A stretch of DNA of 13,388 nucleotides from Sandaracinaceae bacterium (GTDB lineage: Bacteria > Myxococcota_A > Polyangia > Polyangiales > Sandaracinaceae), in assembly GCA_044220955.1 (NCBI GenBank), contig JBGAQA010000141.1, forward strand, positions 1 to 13,388, in the 5' to 3' direction. A program made the translations under genes and the position numbers. The notes under the pieces are model-generated. The model did no database searches and had not been told where the DNA came from. It saw only the letters and a program-made list of their open reading frames with translations. Shown in pieces: positions 10,072-13,388 of this stretch (positions are counted from its first letter, which is position 1; the number at the start of each line of letters is the position of its first letter).

Positions 10072-12998
10072 GCCTCCGCTTCGCGGCGCCGCTGCTGCTC
10101 GCGCTCGGCCTGCCGGTCGCGCTTCTCGTGCTCGCGCGCCTGCGCGCGCTGCCGCGCGAGCACCACGGAGCGCGACGCCGCCTGATCCAGGCCTCGATGC
10201 TGCTCGCGGCCCTCCTGGCCGCGCTCGCGCTCGCGCGCCTCGAGTGGGGAACGCCCCAAGACCGCGTCGCGGTCGTGTTCGCCGTCGACCGCAGCCGCAG
10301 CGTCGAGCGATCGACCGACGACGGCGCGCAGGCGGCGCTCGCGCAGGCGCGCGAGGCCATCTCGACCATGCGCGGCGACGACGTGGCGGGAGTGGTGGTC
10401 TTCGCGGCCGAGGCAGCCACCGAGGTCGTACCGCAGGAGCGCCCCGAGCTCACCCGCTCGCACGCCTCGATCGCGCGCGACGCGACCGACGTCGGGGCGG
10501 CGATCCGCCGAGCCCTGGCGGATCTGCCCGCCGACTACACGGGCCGGATCGTCCTCGTCTCCGACGGAGTCGAGACGGACGGCGACGCGCTCGCGGCCGC
10601 GCAGATCGCCGCCGGTCGCGGCGTGTCCGTCGACGTGCTCCCGGTCGAGCGCGCGCCCAGCGCGGAGGTCGCGATCGACCGCGTCCAGCTCCCCGAGACC
10701 GCCGACCCGGGTCAGCCGGTCGAGCTGCGGATCGTGACGCGCGCCACGCAGTCCGCGCCGGTGCGCGTGCGCGTGCTCAGGGACGGTGTGCCCATCGCCG
10801 AGGCCGACACCGTCGTCGGCCAGGGCTCCGACGTGCTGACGATGCGCGACGTCGCCGACGGCGCCGGCATGCACCGCTACGACGTCGTGCTCGAGCCGAC
10901 GGCCGAGGGCGCCGACGGGACGCCCGAGAACAACGAGGGCGGCGCGTTCATGCGCGTCACGGGCACCTCACACGCCCTCGTGCTCTCCGATCACGAGGAC
11001 GAGCAGGACGCCCTCGCCGCCGCGATGCGGCACGTGGGGTTCGAGGTCGAGGTCCGAGGACGCGCGGGCGTGCCGACGCAGCTCTCCGAGCTCGCGTCGT
11101 ACGACCTCGTCGTGCTCTCCGACATGAACGCGCGCGCGATGAGCGAGGACCAGATGACCGCGTTCCGCGCGTTCGTCCACGACCTCGGCGGCGGCCTGCT
11201 CATGCTCGGCGCGCGCGACAGCTTCGGGCTCGGCGGGTACGCCTACACGCCCATCGAGGAGGCGCTGCCCGCCACCTTCGACCTCCGCCGGCGCCGCGAC
11301 CGCGCGTCGCTCGCCATGGTCATCGCGATCGACCGCTCCGGATCGATGAGCGTCCCCGTGCGCCCCGGCGTGACCAAGCTGGACGTCGCCAACGAGGCCG
11401 CGGCTCAGTCGGCGATGCTCCTGTCGCCGGCCGATCGGGTGGGCGTCGAGCACGTGGACACCGAGCCCTTCTGGACGCTCCCCATGACCTCGGTGACGGA
11501 CCCCACCGCCGTCGCGGCGGCGATCCACCGCGCGACGCAAGGGGGGGGCGGCATCTACGTCGATGCCGCGCTGATCGCCGGCTACGACGCGCTGCGACGC
11601 GAGGAGACGCAGCTCAAGCACCTCTTGCTCTTCAGCGACGGCGACGACTCCGAGGAGATGACGCAGTCACGGACGCTCGTCGGCGCCGCGCTGCGTGACG
11701 GAATCACGACCTCGATCGTGAGCATGGGCCGGGGCGTCTTCACGCCCGAGCTGGAGCAGCTCTCCCGCCTCGGTGGCGGCCGCTTCTACATCGTCGAGGA
11801 CATGACGCAGCTGCCGCGCATCTTCACGGAGGAGACGATCGCCGCGAGCCGCTCGGCGATCGTCGAGGAGGAGATCCACCCCCAGCTCGGCACGGCGTCC
11901 GAGATCACCGAGGGCATCGACTTCGGACACGGGCCCCCGCTCTCGGGGTTCGTCGTCACCAACGCACGTCCGCGGGCGAGCGTGCTCCTGGTCGCGCGGG
12001 GCGAGGACCCTCTCCTCTCGACCTGGCAGTACGGCGTGGGACGCAGCGCCACGTTCACCTGCGACGCGGGCGGCGCGCTCGGCCGGCCCTGGCTCGCATG
12101 GAGCGGCTACGGCGCGCTCTTCGGCCAGCTCGCGCGAGGCCTCGCCCGCGCGCCCGAGCGCCACGACGCGGACGTGTCGGTCACGCTGCACGGCGGGCGC
12201 GGCCACGTTCGCGTCGAGGCCGTCGACGACGAGGGGCACTACCGGAACTACCTCGATCTCGCCGCGTCCATCGCCGCGCCCGGCGGCGCGTCGACCGACG
12301 TCGCGCTCACGCAGACCGGACCCGGCCGCTACGAGGCAGACTTCGACGCCGGCGCGCCCGGCGCCTACATCGCGACCGTGCGCGAGATGGGCGAGGGAGG
12401 CGAGGGGGCGCTGGTCGCATCGACGGGCGTCGTGCGGACGCGCGGTGACGAGCTCCGCGGCGACGGGACCGATCACGCGCTGCTCGCGCAGATCGCCGCG
12501 GCGACCGACGGGCACGTGCTGACGAGCCTCGCGCGCGTGTTCGTCGATCGTCCCCCGCCGACCTATTCGTACCGGGGGCTCTGGCGCGAGCTGCTGCTCG
12601 CCGCGATGCTCTTCTTGCTGAGCTCGGTCGCGCTGCGGCGCCTGATGATGCCGCGGGAGATCCTCGATCGGGTCCTGGGCGCGATGCCGGCGCCGCTGCG
12701 CGCGCGGCTCGGTCGCCGCGTCTCCCCGTCGGGGCCGGGCGCGTCCGCGACCTCGCTCGACGCCCTGGCCGCGAGCGCCCGGGAGCGCCGGGCCGCGCGC
12801 GAGCCGGCGGCGGAGATCGAGGCTGCACGTGCCGCGCGGGGCGAGCCGGCCACGCCGAGCGCCGAGCCCGCCTCTCCGTGGACCGGCAAGCCGCACTCCG
12901 CGACGACGCCCCGCGCCGCGCCCGCCGAGGGCAGCAAGCCCGACGCGCCTCGCTCGCTCGCCGAGAACCTGGTCGCGCGCCGCAAGCGGAAGAAGTAG
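10068..12998 (+). CDS. Large membrane protein with two VWA domains and a class I glutamine amidotransferase-like domain, 976 aa
   Basis: GTG 10068 with GGGAG at 10056-10060. Two N-terminal TMs; VWA1 (AVDRSRS, ATDVGAAI, IVLVSDG); Ig-like segment ending ENN; GATase-like YDLVVLSD...FVHDLGGGLLMLGARDSFGLGGY; VWA2 (IAIDRSGSM, HLLLFSDG); DPLLSTWQYGVGRSATF; LTQTGPGRYEADF; C-terminal TM LWRELLLAAMLFLLSSVALRRL; disordered basic tail. Confidence 0.92.
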   Translation: MSLRFAAPLLLALGLPVALLVLARLRALPREHHGARRRLIQASMLLAALLAALALARLEWGTPQDRVAVVFAVDRSRSVERSTDDGAQAALAQAREAISTMRGDDVAGVVVFAAEAATEVVPQERPELTRSHASIARDATDVGAAIRRALADLPADYTGRIVLVSDGVETDGDALAAAQIAAGRGVSVDVLPVERAPSAEVAIDRVQLPETADPGQPVELRIVTRATQSAPVRVRVLRDGVPIAEADTVVGQGSDVLTMRDVADGAGMHRYDVVLEPTAEGADGTPENNEGGAFMRVTGTSHALVLSDHEDEQDALAAAMRHVGFEVEVRGRAGVPTQLSELASYDLVVLSDMNARAMSEDQMTAFRAFVHDLGGGLLMLGARDSFGLGGYAYTPIEEALPATFDLRRRRDRASLAMVIAIDRSGSMSVPVRPGVTKLDVANEAAAQSAMLLSPADRVGVEHVDTEPFWTLPMTSVTDPTAVAAAIHRATQGGGGIYVDAALIAGYDALRREETQLKHLLLFSDGDDSEEMTQSRTLVGAALRDGITTSIVSMGRGVFTPELEQLSRLGGGRFYIVEDMTQLPRIFTEETIAASRSAIVEEEIHPQLGTASEITEGIDFGHGPPLSGFVVTNARPRASVLLVARGEDPLLSTWQYGVGRSATFTCDAGGALGRPWLAWSGYGALFGQLARGLARAPERHDADVSVTLHGGRGHVRVEAVDDEGHYRNYLDLAASIAAPGGASTDVALTQTGPGRYEADFDAGAPGAYIATVREMGEGGEGALVASTGVVRTRGDELRGDGTDHALLAQIAAATDGHVLTSLARVFVDRPPPTYSYRGLWRELLLAAMLFLLSSVALRRLMMPREILDRVLGAMPAPLRARLGRRVSPSGPGASATSLDALAASARERRAAREPAAEIEAARAARGEPATPSAEPASPWTGKPHSATTPRAAPAEGSKPDAPRSLAENLVARRKRKK

Positions 12999-13002
12999 GA
13001 GG
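12997..13002 (+). promoter_or_regulatory. Shine-Dalgarno sequence AGGAGG for the gene starting at 13008
   Basis: Perfect AGGAGG overlapping the TAG stop of the upstream gene, with a 5-nt spacer before ATG 13008. Confidence 0.8.
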
Positions 13003-13007
13003 ACTCC

Positions 13008-13388
13008 ATGGCACCGCGCGGTGAGAACGGCTTCGGATCGACCGACCCGACGACGCCGCTCGTGCTCGGCTGCGCCGCCGTCGGCGCGCTCGCGATGGCC
13101 CTCGGGGTCGGGGCCTATCTCTTGTTGGCGAGGCCGACGAGCCCGACGGGCGTCGCTGCGCCGCCGGTGCCCATGCCCATGCCCATGCCGCTGCCCGCGC
13201 CAGCCACCGCCCTCGCCCCCGAGTCCCCGCCGGCGCCCGCCCCGCCCGCCCCGCTCGCCCCCGTGCAGGGCGAGGGCGCGCTGGTGGCGGTGATCTGCGG
13301 CGACGAGGACTGGTCGGGCGCGCTCGGCGCGCTGCTCGGCGAGCCGGTCGCGTCCTTTCGCAGCCCCGACCACCTCGGGGAGGCGCTG
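13008..13388 (+). CDS. 3'-truncated hypothetical membrane-anchored protein with Pro-rich linker (not in ORF track)
   Basis: My translation: MAPRGENGFGSTDPTTPLVLGCAAVGALAMALGVGAYLLLARPTSPTGVAAPPVPMPMPMPLPAPATALAPESPPAPAPPAPLAPVQGEGALVAVICGDEDWSGALGALLGEPVASFRSPDHLGEAL, open to the window end. It has a strong SD, G/C-ending codons and one hydrophobic helix. Confidence 0.8.
   Translation, partial: MAPRGENGFGSTDPTTPLVLGCAAVGALAMALGVGAYLLLARPTSPTGVAAPPVPMPMPMPLPAPATALAPESPPAPAPPAPLAPVQGEGALVAVICGDEDWSGALGALLGEPVASFRSPDHLGEAL
13168..13189 (+). repeat. Short coding microsatellite (TGCCCA)x3.7 encoding PMPMPMP
   Basis: TGCCCATGCCCATGCCCATGCC is seen directly in the sequence. Confidence 0.8.

Overview
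A very GC-rich, gene-dense window whose style is consistent with Myxococcota/Polyangiales-type DNA (inference, not checked). It is filled almost entirely by one + strand, translationally coupled operon that runs off both ends. Gene order: (1) a 5'-truncated acidic coiled-coil protein with a long Gly-Gln repeat and a C-terminal 'IPxxYRxxVxxYF' tail; (2) a MoxR AAA+ ATPase; (3) a ~700-aa exported membrane protein of unknown function; (4) an ABC transporter ATPase; (5) an ABC-2-type permease; (6) a DUF58 protein; (7) a BatA/VWA membrane protein; (8) a large two-VWA, glutamine-amidotransferase-like membrane protein; (9) a 3'-truncated membrane-anchored Pro-rich protein. Together these form a MoxR-DUF58-VWA chaperone-type locus with an embedded ABC transporter, probably an uncharacterised envelope-spanning machine. 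Several starts in the ORF track need correcting (genes 3, 4 and 5 start at 2273, 4372 and 5298), and gene 9 is absent from the track. Fine-scale oddities include a 16-codon 'relay' ORF overlapping both neighbours by GTGA, a hierarchical GQ minisatellite, and a codon-atypical patch in the permease tail. No RNA genes, CRISPR arrays or mobile elements were seen.
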